The position numbers were made by a program, and so were the translations under genes. A model generated the notes under the pieces. The model was not told where the DNA came from. It saw only the letters and a list, made by a program, of their open reading frames with translations, and ran no database searches. 64,000 nucleotides of DNA from Andalucia godoyi And28 (Eukaryota > Protista > Jakobida). Numbering within the stretch: position 1 is the stretch's first letter; every line of letters begins with the position of its first letter. This document shows, in pieces, positions 10,492 to 21,310 of the stretch. The DNA lies in assembly GCA_009859145.1 (NCBI GenBank), contig VRVR01000065.1, positions 26,915 to 90,914 of the forward strand, given 5' to 3'.

Positions 10492-11562
10492 ATGTCGAAT
10501 CTGAATTCATCTCCCTCCTCGTTTGCCGATTGGGAATTTGACTTGACTGCCGATTTGGCAAGATCTTCTGCAGATGCAGTTCATTATTCTCCATGGACTG
10601 ACGCTGTAGAAGCGTTCCAATCGTCTCCTCCGCAGATAGTCCCGCCCGGCGATTCAGTCGACTTCTTCGCTGAATCGTTGAACCTTGTTACATCACCAGC
10701 TTCGACAGAGCATTCCACCACGCAGGACAGCGTCGTTTCGGACCTTTCGACTGGTGACGAAGTCTCTCTCCACAGAACTCCTGTTGCGGACTCCATGGAC
10801 ATTCCAACCGGTACGCAGGATACCCCCATTTCGAACTCGTCGACTGATGCTGCCGTTGATGACGAACCTCCCCAAGTCACTCCTATCGGAAGTCGCATTA
10901 GGGGCTCCGTGGGTACTGCCCCCCACTGGCTGTCCGTCGAAAATGGTGCTTGCTGGATTGAAGTGCGCTGGCTTCACGATTCTCCTTCTCGAGGCGGCAA
11001 TTTCGACGTCACGGACGACGGTCTTCCCGAGGGCACGCGTGGCGTCCGTGAAGTCATGAAGGGAAAGCATGGCAGAGTTTCTGTGTCTGTAGTCTTCTTA
11101 GGGGGAGTGTCTACCGATGTATCGGTTTCTTTCTTTTTTGAAGACACGACTGGGACCGAACGCATGCCATTCAAGACGTCCGAAGGGATGCAGCAACGTG
11201 CACGCTTCAATCTTCGATCGGAGTCGAGATTTGGAACTCACGGGGATCAAGCTGGTGCATATGGAACTCAAGAATTCTGTTTCCAGAAAACAACGGTTCG
11301 CAAACGACTTCAATTCCGATTGCATGTCCAGGTATCTGTTGGCGATTCCACATTGGTTGCGACGAGCTGCCCGTTCAGAGTGCTCTCGCGTGCTCATCGT
11401 GGAGCTGCAGCTGCAGATCAGGCAGTTTTCTGCCACAAGGCTTTTTCTTGCATCATCGATGCACTTTCTTTCTACATGTACGTTGTTACTCTTCACATCA
11501 GATTCGTGTTGATGAGTAGCCGGGGTGTTCGACAATCACCGGCGTTTTGTACATGTTGTTAG
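10492..11562 (+). CDS. Possible beta-sandwich (p53/CudA-like) DNA-binding protein
   Basis: Ser/Pro/Asp-rich N-terminus, then a beta-rich domain ending SCPFRVLSRAHR. CDS is likely; function is inferred. Confidence 0.45.
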   Translation: MSNLNSSPSSFADWEFDLTADLARSSADAVHYSPWTDAVEAFQSSPPQIVPPGDSVDFFAESLNLVTSPASTEHSTTQDSVVSDLSTGDEVSLHRTPVADSMDIPTGTQDTPISNSSTDAAVDDEPPQVTPIGSRIRGSVGTAPHWLSVENGACWIEVRWLHDSPSRGGNFDVTDDGLPEGTRGVREVMKGKHGRVSVSVVFLGGVSTDVSVSFFFEDTTGTERMPFKTSEGMQQRARFNLRSESRFGTHGDQAGAYGTQEFCFQKTTVRKRLQFRLHVQVSVGDSTLVATSCPFRVLSRAHRGAAAADQAVFCHKAFSCIIDALSFYMYVVTLHIRFVLMSSRGVRQSPAFCTCC

Positions 11563-12966
11563 AGAATATAAATTACATAGATTCTATTCACTTTTTCTCT
11601 TTCTTGTTTCTTTCATTTTCAACATACGTACTGGAAAGCATACCAGTAGTTGCGCGGACAAAAAAGCAAAATAATTCGTCTGCGTATACACTGAGAAGAT
11701 CGTCAAGACTTCATTCTTAGTATGAGAATGTGGCATGTATGCGAGTAAACGAACTGGTGCTCTTGTGTCAGAAGCAGATATTATGTTTTTCGGCCATGAG
11801 TGAACATGTAGAGATTTATAATATAACACACGAGGATTTATGGTACTGGTAGATACGAGGAATCCATTGTTTTTTTGGCCAGCATTCACCAATTGGAATC
11901 GGTACTCATATCGACGATTCATTCTGAAACAGCTTCACGCCGTGTCATCACAAGAAGCGATTTGCAAATTATTTACAAGGATCATCAAACGATATCAAAT
12001 TTCCAAGTGAGGACTGGATCTGCCACCAATGGCCAGTCCAAAGGGAAACATGAATGAGAACTATAACATATTGCAGAAAACTTGAAAGAAGGATCAGTTG
12101 AGAAACAGAAGGACAAAAAATTGAATGTTTCCATCCATTTCGTAGCACACGTACCGAATGGCTGAATTTCACAGATTTAACGATCGTATGCTCAACCGAT
12201 ATTCAGTTGATTGTTTCATCGAGCTTCGTTAGATTATGCTACAAAGAGAAATATGAAGATGCTCATCTCTTCAAAGACACAGACATCGGGTTGCGACACC
12301 GCGATCTGAGGGCACTTTCAGAAAATGCATTACAGCGGATTCGGATCGTATGTTACCCCCTCCCCTTCCCTCCCTCGCCCCCTGGACACGGACAAAATTT
12401 ATTATGGTAATCCTACTAGTGCAGCATTGGTGTAATCACGGACAGTGCTTTTAAGATATCTGTTGACTTGCAGTTCTAGAACCCCCTCCCCTGCTGTAGG
12501 TCGGACACATCCGAAACTACAGTGAGTTATTTTCTGAAAGTGTTTTTGAGGTCCGTGGGAGATGCGATGAATTCGACGTCGACACCTGTAGACAGAAAGA
12601 ACGGTACCCCAGGGGTACCGATCCGCAGTTTCGCAGTCTTCGAAAAACAAAAGAACACGTGCCTTAGCGATGTGAATTTACTCTGAAACCCATCTGTACA
12701 AACCGTTTCAAGAAACTTCTCAACACCTTTCCGTCAAGAATAATTAACATTGCTGCGATGAAACGTTTTCATTTTCCAAATTATCACGATTTCACGTTGA
12801 CTGTTCTTTCAAAATGATTCTGGAATAGTGCTGGTTAAATCGATTCAAATTTGCACCTTGGTAAGCAGCAGTATAAGGCGTGCCACAGTGGTTCGAGATT
12901 GCAATGTTGCCGTCCGGTGCTTTTTGGATACTACCCGCCGAGCATTTGTCTTCCCCTGTTTTGGCT

Positions 12967-12998
12967 TTTGAATTTTGAAATTTTGAAATTTTGAAATT
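12967..12998. repeat. Short tandem repeat of TTTTGAAA (about 4 units)
   Basis: ttttgaa-ttttgaaa-ttttgaaa-ttttgaaa read directly. Confidence 0.8.
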
Positions 12999-13767
12999 CT
13001 AATCTTCATCATTGGTCTCCAATGCTGGTTCTGGGTACCGGGGTTTGCAATTTGGCGCTCGACAATCGATTTGGCTTTTCGATGCCGGCTTCCGGTGGCT
13101 CTGTGTCGCGCAGCATAAGGCGACCGACAGTGGTCTTGGGATTTCCGATGGTGGTGTCCGGTGCGTCCGGTGCTTCTGTGGCATCCCACCGCATAAAGCA
13201 TCCAAAGTCGAATACTGGGGTTCAGAAGACTATTTGAATGGTATAATGGCGAAGCAACCACAATCAGTGTGATCATTCCGAACATGGTCTCCAAATGAGA
13301 CTAGTGGATACCAATTAGATGGATTTTTTAATCAAGTCAACGGAATCGTGCATTTAGCTGTGAATCAGTGTACTGAAAGATGTTTTACGATTTTCTCCAA
13401 CGCGAGAATTGAACAGAGGCATTTATTAAACCAAACTGAGAATTCTTGGAAGTGCGGTATCTTGACGGCAATAGGCTGTTTTGAAGAATCTGCAATCACA
13501 GGAAAGTTCCCTTGGTGAACTTTGCAATGGATTCGTCATGATGAATCGCAATGTTGTCGAATCAAACACTCGTCTGGAAGCCTAGCTCATCCAGATTCTT
13601 CACAGAGCAGAGGAAAAGTAAACTGTATCATACCACAGTCTTATTCAGAAGCAGAACTGATGTTTATCCATATTTTACTGATATTTTGATCTTTCACACG
13701 TCTGAAGGAATGCGTAGCGAATTGGGAAGTTTTTAGACGGAATTTTATATATTGAACAAAACAGAAT

Positions 13768-14037
13768 ATGTCCATTGAACTTGCGTTACTGATCCTTCTG
13801 ACGTTCGTGCTCGTCGGCGGATGTCTGCCATATATCTTGCGCGCTGCAGCGTGTGGCATCGACAAACTCTGGGCTGTGTTTCAGTCGAGCAAAACCAATC
13901 AACCATCGATCCAACAAATCCCCAAAGATACGATCACGTCGGGATCGTCAACAACTGTGCAGTCAGCAAAAGATGCAAGTACGGAAGACCAATCTCCATC
14001 ACAGAAAGACAGCGTCCTAGACACATTCACTGGATAA
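13768..14037 (+). CDS. Small protein with N-terminal hydrophobic (signal/anchor) segment
   Basis: 89-aa ATG ORF starting LALLILLTFVLVGG, followed by a Ser/Thr/Gln-rich tail. Confidence 0.45.
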   Translation: MSIELALLILLTFVLVGGCLPYILRAAACGIDKLWAVFQSSKTNQPSIQQIPKDTITSGSSTTVQSAKDASTEDQSPSQKDSVLDTFTG

Positions 14038-14391
14038 ACACACGAAGCGCTTATCCTATCGGCAGTAATTTACAGAAGTAATACAAATTTGTTTTGCGCG
14101 ATGACAGTCTCTTTCCTTGACGTAAAATTCTTTATTTCTGCAACATTGTAGCTTTTTCTGCTATTCGCAGCTGTCCTTTTTCATGATCTTGCAGTATTTG
14201 TTTTTTCTCAAAGGATTTGCAATTTTCCGATACCGACATGATGTAATGCTTTTGCAGAAATGTGAATCAAAGCACTACGTTGAAAACGGAAGGCCGTATG
14301 AAAAATGATGGTAAACTCGAAAAGCCGTGCAAAGTGCCGAGGTCGTGTGGCACAAATTTTGGGGCGAAACTCTTTGCGAAATGGCCCAATG

Positions 14392-14581
14392 GTATGTTGC
14401 TTGTAAACAATGGAATCATGCTGTCCGTTGTGTACCTCAGTTTTTTGCTTGTTCATTCGAAACTTGTTTCATCGACAAGGCACTCAATACCATGCTAATG
14501 ATTTGCACACTTGCTAGTCCAAAGACTATACGAGCCGGCTGACTAACTGCTTTTGCTTTCACGTTTCTTTCTTGTTAACAG
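14392..14581 (+). other. Candidate spliceosomal intron (190 nt)
   Basis: GTATGT donor, GACTAAC branch point at 14541-14547, pyrimidine tract and AACAG acceptor. Splicing joins ORF frames 14262 and 14572 in phase. Confidence 0.5.
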
Positions 14582-14694
14582 GATTTCTTCGAGAAACTCC
14601 ATTGAACCGTTCTAACAAAGCATGTCGTGGGTCGGCTCCTTGTTACGTTGTCAAACTAATTTCAGAAACCTCACAGCAGTCTGGAGCACATGGT

Positions 14695-14904
14695 CCCTTT
14701 CTTCGGCTGTGCAGGGTCTGTGCACGTCTGCTTTTACATACTACCATATATAGTAATATTATATTCTTATCTTAATAAGTATTGAAAGACTCTCTTCGCG
14801 CGGAGAAATAGAGAAATAGAGAAAGATAAAGAATAAAAAGCAATTTAAAAAAGGAAATGTCGTATGAGCAAATATGCACAGACCCTGCACAGCCGAAGAA
14901 AGGG
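14695..14904. repeat. Hairpin element copy 1: perfect 30-bp inverted repeat enclosing a 150-nt AT-rich loop
   Basis: 14695-14724 (CCCTTTCTTCGGCTGTGCAGGGTCTGTGCA) is the exact reverse complement of 14875-14904. Confidence 0.95.
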
Positions 14905-15245
14905 GTAGCTGACTGAAGGAGAGAGAAAAGTTCTCAACAAGACATCAGGACATAATCATCACAACACCAGAGTATATGCAAATTGCAGTACGACAGGGAA
15001 CGACCTAGAACAAGGTGTAGAACGCCAGAAAGCCTGAAACTCAGACCCTCATGAGAAGACGAGATTCTACCATTTTTGTGAGGAAATCTCTTACACAATT
15101 GAGCTGCCTGAGTGTACCCCGTCATGGAATGCCATCCTCAGTTACCAAGGACATTCTTTATTTCACGACAATAGCCGAAGATTTTAGGAACTTTATTTTT
15201 AAGGTGTCACATCCCGAACACCATGTTGAAAGACAAAGTTTAGCT

Positions 15246-15494
15246 AAGGCCTTCACAGGTCGTCTTGCTTTTCTTGCCTTGTGCAGGTCTGTGCGTGTTT
15301 GCTTGTACAACATTTCCTTTTTTAAATTACTTTTATTCTTTATATTTCTATATTTCTCTATTTCTCCGCGCGAAGAGAGTCTTCCAATACTTATTAAGAT
15401 AAGTATATAAGATTACTATATATGGTAGTATGTAAAAGCAAACGTGCACAGACCTGCACAAGGCAAGAAAAGCAAGACGACTTGTGAAGGCCTT
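15246..15494. repeat. Hairpin element copy 2: 49-bp inverted repeat (48/49) enclosing a 151-nt loop, inverted relative to copy 1
   Basis: 15246-15294 pairs with 15446-15494 with one G-T pair on the + strand. The loop is about 90% identical to the reverse complement of the copy 1 loop. Confidence 0.95.
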
Positions 15495-15885
15495 GGTCCA
15501 AACCTGGGAAGCAAAGACTTGTGAAAGATAGCATGTTTTTCAAAAACCTGTGAAAGACGATTAACGTCAAGGAACACAACGAAACAGTGACAACACAGAG
15601 AAACCATACCTTTCTTCCTCTTTCAACTTAACAACTGCATGCAGGAAAGAAGAAAGATTGCATTATGAAAGACGGCAGGCTGGTGCACACAGCTACCTGG
15701 GCGGATACATGAAGAGGTTTACAAGTTTCGTACGTACAAGAGATGCGGGATGACAGAGGTATTTCTGGGGGAAATTTCGAGATGCTCGTGGAGCGTTCGA
15801 GCTTTTTGATTAGAGTATCGTTTACATCGTTGGGGTTTACATCTTGGGCTAAGCTACATGAGCGTTGGACATAGATAGTTCATAT

Positions 15886-18825
15886 TCATTGCTTCTCTCC
15901 ATCTTCTGAGTCTTCTTCCTGTGAATTCATGAAGAAGCTTGCGTCTGTATTTGACGCGACTCGGCTGTATTCTATGGGTCTGGGCGGATGTGCATAGACA
16001 CTTTGAAGAGGGATTGGAACTCCGTGCATTGGCGGCATTGGCATGGAAGGCATTCCTTGTGCGTACATCATTGGAAATGAGGGAGGAAACGCCATGTATG
16101 GACTTTGGTTATGGGGATAGTACCACGGTGGCCAAACGGGCGTGTATTGACTGGGCTGTGAAATGGGAAAGGGAACAACTGGCGGGGGCACAATGTGTGG
16201 TATTTTCATGAACACAAAAGTTTTGCGGCCATCTTTTTCAAGTCGTATGCATGGCAGCTGGTGAAGTAAGCTTGAAAGCCGCTGAATGGTGACTGGTTGA
16301 AGTCCAGTCATTGTGCTTCTGAGATGCGAATTTGCTCTCATTAAAACATCAGAAAGCTCTCCAAGGCTTCCTTCTTCGGCTGAGTAGGGATTGTTCGTCT
16401 TTGCTTGTTGCTCCCAAAATGGAACCAAAACATCTCGATATTGTATTCCTGTGTTATTTCCGACAGGTACGTGCTCTCTTGCTGCTTTCTTGTTGTCAAT
16501 GTTTGCATCGCCTACGTGTAAAGTACTCCATTTGTCAATAACAAGACGCCACAACTCTGCGGCCCCCTTTTCTACCATTTGACGCAATGCTGATCTAGCT
16601 GAAGTGTTTGATGATGCCAATCCACTATCACACGTGACCATCGCTTCCAAAGGTGGTTCTTGGACGTGGATGCATTTTATGAAGGGCGTCAACTCTGGTG
16701 CAAGAGGTTGCTGTCCAACGCATATGATCCTTGCGTCTGTCTTCTGCCACGGAGAGGTCTTGTTCTCCTTCCATTCTCGTTGAAGAATGTATCGATTGAG
16801 CGAGTCGCTATTTAACGGAAGCGCATCGCAGTCTACCACAACCAATCCTCCTTCACGCACCACGGCATGATTCCAAACATTCCGATTTAGTTCAGCGATG
16901 CTGATGTGCACGATACGTTCAGCAGCCGCTTCTTTGAACAGTCGCACGATGACTTCCGTTGCGCTACACGGACCTACGAACATGAGGATTGGAGCCTTTG
17001 CGATTTTCATCTTTTCAGGCCCAGGTAGAAATGGACGTGAAGTTTCTACGAGAATGCTGTGCAGTACGTTGCTGACGTCCGCCTCTTCTTTTTCAAGGAC
17101 GTATCGCGATAACAATGATTTGAGTGATCCATCTTCCTTTGAAGCAATGGCTCCGCAGATTCGCACAGCAGGGCAGTCCACTTCGTTGGCGTTCCCAGGT
17201 TTCAAGCGCGGAGGTTCACCACCTGTGATGATGTGTACTTTTTCCTGATGTTCGCTGTGGCTGTGTTCTTCTTTGTTCGTATGAGATTCTTTGAAGCGAA
17301 GATAATTACCATTTGAAAGCAATGGCAAGTAGTTTTGGATATCCTTTTGAAAGGTATCATCTTTGAGACGAGCGCGAAACCTGTCTCTCAACAGGTCATC
17401 GTCGTCGATGCCTCTCCTTTCGTCTTGCCGGAGCCCTATGAATGCATGCCAAAACTGCTTAGACTCTTCGCTGAAGAGACTCACTTGTTGCCAGCGTCCT
17501 TCTTTTCTATCCGAGCCTGTGACCCATTTGTCGCTGGCATGGTACACATACCATTGTCTGTCAATAGTATACGCAAACAGCTTTCCCTTGAAAAGTCCAT
17601 GCATGATGAATGCTTGTGCAGCCTGTTTCCTGCTCGTTTCACATATGTTGTAGGAGTTTCCTGACGCTTTGATGTCTGCAAGAATTTCGTTCCGAAGTTC
17701 GTGTACTCTCAGCATAACGTGATAGCGTTGAATGACAGATGTTTCTTTCGATTCTGCCCACCAAATGTCTGTCAGCCATGATTCGTAGTTGTCTAACTGG
17801 AGATGTTCACCGTTGTGCATTGCGTTCTCGATAGCGCTGCGTGCCTTCGGTACAGATATCGGCTCTCTTCCCCGGAGGCACCGAACCATATGATGAAAGA
17901 TGTCATTTTTTGCTGGCGTTACGCACCAGAGGCTTTCGTGACACTTGTGTGAAGGATTTATATGGACTTCGATTGGATGTTTCCTCGCTTCTTCCCATAT
18001 TTTATATGCAAAGTACGGGTCGAACGCAGGATCATCCAGTTGGCCTGGCACGTAGTCAACGATCTGCACTCTCTTTCTCAGTTCGGTTTCTTCGGCATTT
18101 CGATCTCCCTTCCAAACACTGCTCATATCGTCTTTTGTCACTGCAATGTTCTCCAGAAAAGGCACCGAGACTAGACTGCACAGCGGAAGGCGATCCCGTT
18201 TCAGCGAGCTTCCAAGAAGCGGAATGAATCGTTGTTTGTACATCATGAAGTGGTTGCCCATTACAATTCCTGAAGGGGCTTCCGCTTGAACTTCATCTAA
18301 AATGTCCCAGTCTCGCGCCAGTATTCGTGGGAAAGTTACGATGGCTTCCTGTAAACCGCCGCTGTCTCCATCAGACAAAAACACATAGGCGGTGAGAGAG
18401 TCGACATTTATGGGAGTCAACATCTTGTACAACATAGGGCGCAATTTGTTCAAAAAATCAATTGTGACTTTCCATATGTCTCGTCGACAACCAGGAATCA
18501 GCTGGTTCATTATTAGATCTTGTGTGGGGTGCGTGGTCGTAAACATTAAATGTGTGCCAGTCTGTATATCATAAAGCAAATTGCCATTTCGATTAGGATC
18601 CAAACAGTACTTGAACACCAACTCCTCTTGCTCTTCCACGGTAACATCCATGTATGTTATTGAATTGTCTGCAAAGGGTTCCCATACCATATTCATTGCA
18701 TCCGAAAGCTTATTGCATTCGTACATCTTACATTGTTTCCCAAAGGTCTCTTTTACCTCGCCTCTGCGCATCCGTTTGGGTGAGCGCTTGATCTCATCGG
18801 ATTCCATCATTGTTTGTAGATTCAT
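15886..18825 (-). CDS. Degenerate D5-like primase-helicase (AEP / PriCT-2 / D5-N / SF3) with Pro/Met-rich tail
   Basis: 979-aa intact ORF. The ordered segments TFPRI, PLLGSSLK, LDNYESW, WYVY...KW, LKDDTFQKDI and MFVGPCSATE mirror NCLDV D5 architecture, but catalytic residues are lacking. Confidence 0.55.
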   Translation of the reverse strand: MNLQTMMESDEIKRSPKRMRRGEVKETFGKQCKMYECNKLSDAMNMVWEPFADNSITYMDVTVEEQEELVFKYCLDPNRNGNLLYDIQTGTHLMFTTTHPTQDLIMNQLIPGCRRDIWKVTIDFLNKLRPMLYKMLTPINVDSLTAYVFLSDGDSGGLQEAIVTFPRILARDWDILDEVQAEAPSGIVMGNHFMMYKQRFIPLLGSSLKRDRLPLCSLVSVPFLENIAVTKDDMSSVWKGDRNAEETELRKRVQIVDYVPGQLDDPAFDPYFAYKIWEEARKHPIEVHINPSHKCHESLWCVTPAKNDIFHHMVRCLRGREPISVPKARSAIENAMHNGEHLQLDNYESWLTDIWWAESKETSVIQRYHVMLRVHELRNEILADIKASGNSYNICETSRKQAAQAFIMHGLFKGKLFAYTIDRQWYVYHASDKWVTGSDRKEGRWQQVSLFSEESKQFWHAFIGLRQDERRGIDDDDLLRDRFRARLKDDTFQKDIQNYLPLLSNGNYLRFKESHTNKEEHSHSEHQEKVHIITGGEPPRLKPGNANEVDCPAVRICGAIASKEDGSLKSLLSRYVLEKEEADVSNVLHSILVETSRPFLPGPEKMKIAKAPILMFVGPCSATEVIVRLFKEAAAERIVHISIAELNRNVWNHAVVREGGLVVVDCDALPLNSDSLNRYILQREWKENKTSPWQKTDARIICVGQQPLAPELTPFIKCIHVQEPPLEAMVTCDSGLASSNTSARSALRQMVEKGAAELWRLVIDKWSTLHVGDANIDNKKAAREHVPVGNNTGIQYRDVLVPFWEQQAKTNNPYSAEEGSLGELSDVLMRANSHLRSTMTGLQPVTIQRLSSLLHQLPCIRLEKDGRKTFVFMKIPHIVPPPVVPFPISQPSQYTPVWPPWYYPHNQSPYMAFPPSFPMMYAQGMPSMPMPPMHGVPIPLQSVYAHPPRPIEYSRVASNTDASFFMNSQEEDSEDGEKQ

Positions 18826-21310
18826 CGATTTGGAATTGGTTTTGTTTGCACTGTTTATGGCTGACGAGAGATTTGAGAGATAATGACATGTTGCGTGGAG
18901 GGATGTCGTTGAACTTTTGATGTCTATTTTTTTCTATCTCTCTTTTTTTTTCTCTCCCTCCCTCTGTCCCATGACGATCCTTTGCTTTTGCAACGCCAAA
19001 TTTACCGAGTAGCTGAATAAACGAGTATTGGCACTCGAATAATTCTTGATTCGCTATTTCGTGCATATCATGTCAACAACGTCTTCGTTCAACATACATA
19101 CAATCCGATGACGATGTTCGGCACCATCCTCAATTGCCTTGAATGTGAACTTGATCCAGAAAGAAGTATGAAAAAATGTTTTGCGACATAACTGACTGCA
19201 AAAGCTTAAGCAGGAACGAAATGGCCGGAACGATCCTTGAATCATTTGCTTTGTTTGATGGATTACATACTAAGAAACATCGTCCTCACGGACTTCGTGA
19301 GCTGTTTACTATATTATGCTCGTTGGAGGAAGACTCGAGCATGAGAGCTAGTCTGCATATGCGTATACTTTGTGAAACCTCGTCGTCACATTACTCGTAA
19401 TTTCTACAATATTTCCGCAGAACTCCTTACGAATCTAGACGCGGCAGACTGGACACTCCCCAGACACTGAGGTGCTGTTTCTCATGAAGACATTGGTGTT
19501 GCACTATGCAAAACTTTACAGTTGTATGATCTTTCTCGGAAGCATGTCGTGCCAAACCCCTGAAATTCCTGGGCAATCTGCAAGATGTACGACTTCAACA
19601 TTTAAGACTGCTTTCGATAAAAGAGGTCAACCAACGCATTTGTCGCCTCAAGACCTCTCTTGAATCCCAGTACTCGAGCCTACCTGCACGTCAAGCATGC
19701 AAGACAAGGCACCTGATTGGTCAAATGAGCAAAATTCTCGAGTTTGACATTGTTCTATGGATTCACAAAGTGACTCGGTTTATGGTCCTTCGAGACGACC
19801 TCCAGTACCCAGGGGTCCGCCAAGAGTTTCGATGGTACCCAGGCATGTCCCTCGGTGCGCGGGGAGGTCTCAGCCGCGTCCCCCCGATCCGTCGGGAACA
19901 CTCGAGAAATAGCGCGGATTTTGAGCAGTGGTCGCGCTGTTGAGTTGCAGATGGTCACATCCTTCTTCTAATACTTGAAGCTCCAAAGAAGCGGAGATGT
20001 TGGGTGGATTTGATTCATCCGATGCGGATGGTCTTTGAGTGGAAACGTAAATCTGCACCAGGTTTCTTTTTCTCGGTTCTGCAATGTTGCAGCAATTAAT
20101 GTCGTGCAAGAAAGTTGGTACTCTGACTCTTGAGAACAGTTTCGCGAACTTTGTCAACGAGAGTGCGGCTGAAATCCAGTAGGACAAACTATGAGAGGAA
20201 AAATCACAGACAGGCTGCGAAAAGGATCGAGCGGATTTGACGTTCCGTTGCTGTATGACGATGTCGAAACGGTATTTTATCTCTCTTGGTGATGATGATA
20301 TGATCGTCTACGCCACTTCGTGTGGGTGACTGAACGTGTTTTCAACAGTTTGCTCTAGAAAGAGCTGTAAAAAAATGAATCTTTTAAACTGCCGTCTCTT
20401 CTTGATCCTGCTGGGAAGCTTCTGTTTCTGAGAGCTTTTATTCCTAATTTCTGCACTTTCAAATGAAGCGTGTTTGTAAAGTTGAATTGTTTAACTCGAA
20501 CGCATTTCATTCTTTTGGATGACACTGCGGGATGCACAGCTCTGCCTTCACTTTTGCCGCCGTCTTTCACCTTTCATTGCACCAGTGTAGCTTGCTTCTT
20601 TGTTTGACACTGCGTACAGCTCGTACATGGTGTTCTTTGGCGGGACCTTAGCTTTGTGTGAATTCTCCAGTGACATAATGAAGGAACTTCTTATTTATGG
20701 ACGCCAGTGAAACGAAGTTGTTGCGAGTTGCTCTTAATCCCATGCTTTTTTGTTGTCCTACAGTGCCACTAAATCGGTGATTTGGTCTTCAGAAAGCCGT
20801 CTCGCTGTCTTCATAGATGCAGCCGAAGCACGCAACTGTCTCTCTCAACGCAGTAATACAGAACATTTTGCGCGCCCCCTACATTTGCGATCGCACATCT
20901 CGTAGGTGCGAATTCTGCTCTGCTCGATCATTAATCACTTTTTTCATTCTTTGTTCAGCAGAGACAGGCCTCAGCACGTGTCAGAAGCATTGTTCCGTTT
21001 GACAAGCAGCTCGAGATCATTCTCTTCTGGTTGTGCTGGAGATCGAGACTCGTTACGGCCTCTCAGTTTGTCGTGAACGGCTATGCAGTGCCAACTTGTC
21101 CTCAAACGAGGATTCCGCCCCATCGTCTGTTCTGCAGTCACGCTGCGACTGTGCCGCATTCCGTTTTCATCGTGCTCCCCAGTCACTTTTTTGTCTGGGT
21201 GTGGGAGAAGGGCGCAAAACCTTACTCAGGTGATAAAAAATTGTCATCCAGTTCAATGAAACGGAGAGTCGGGAGGGCGAATTCCCAGTTTAAGTTATTG
21301 CTATTGCAAG

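Noticed and set aside
12845-13294. 149-aa minus-strand ORF
   Set aside because: Non-ATG start, runs through the 8-mer tandem repeat, and overlapping frames give no consistent protein.
14695-15494. hAT-type MITE starting CAGGG, or a CRISPR-like array
   Set aside because: The 8 bp on either side of CAGGG...CCCTG (CGGCTGTG / CACAGCCG) are reverse complements, not a direct TSD. There are only two units, in inverted orientation, with no repeat-spacer periodicity.
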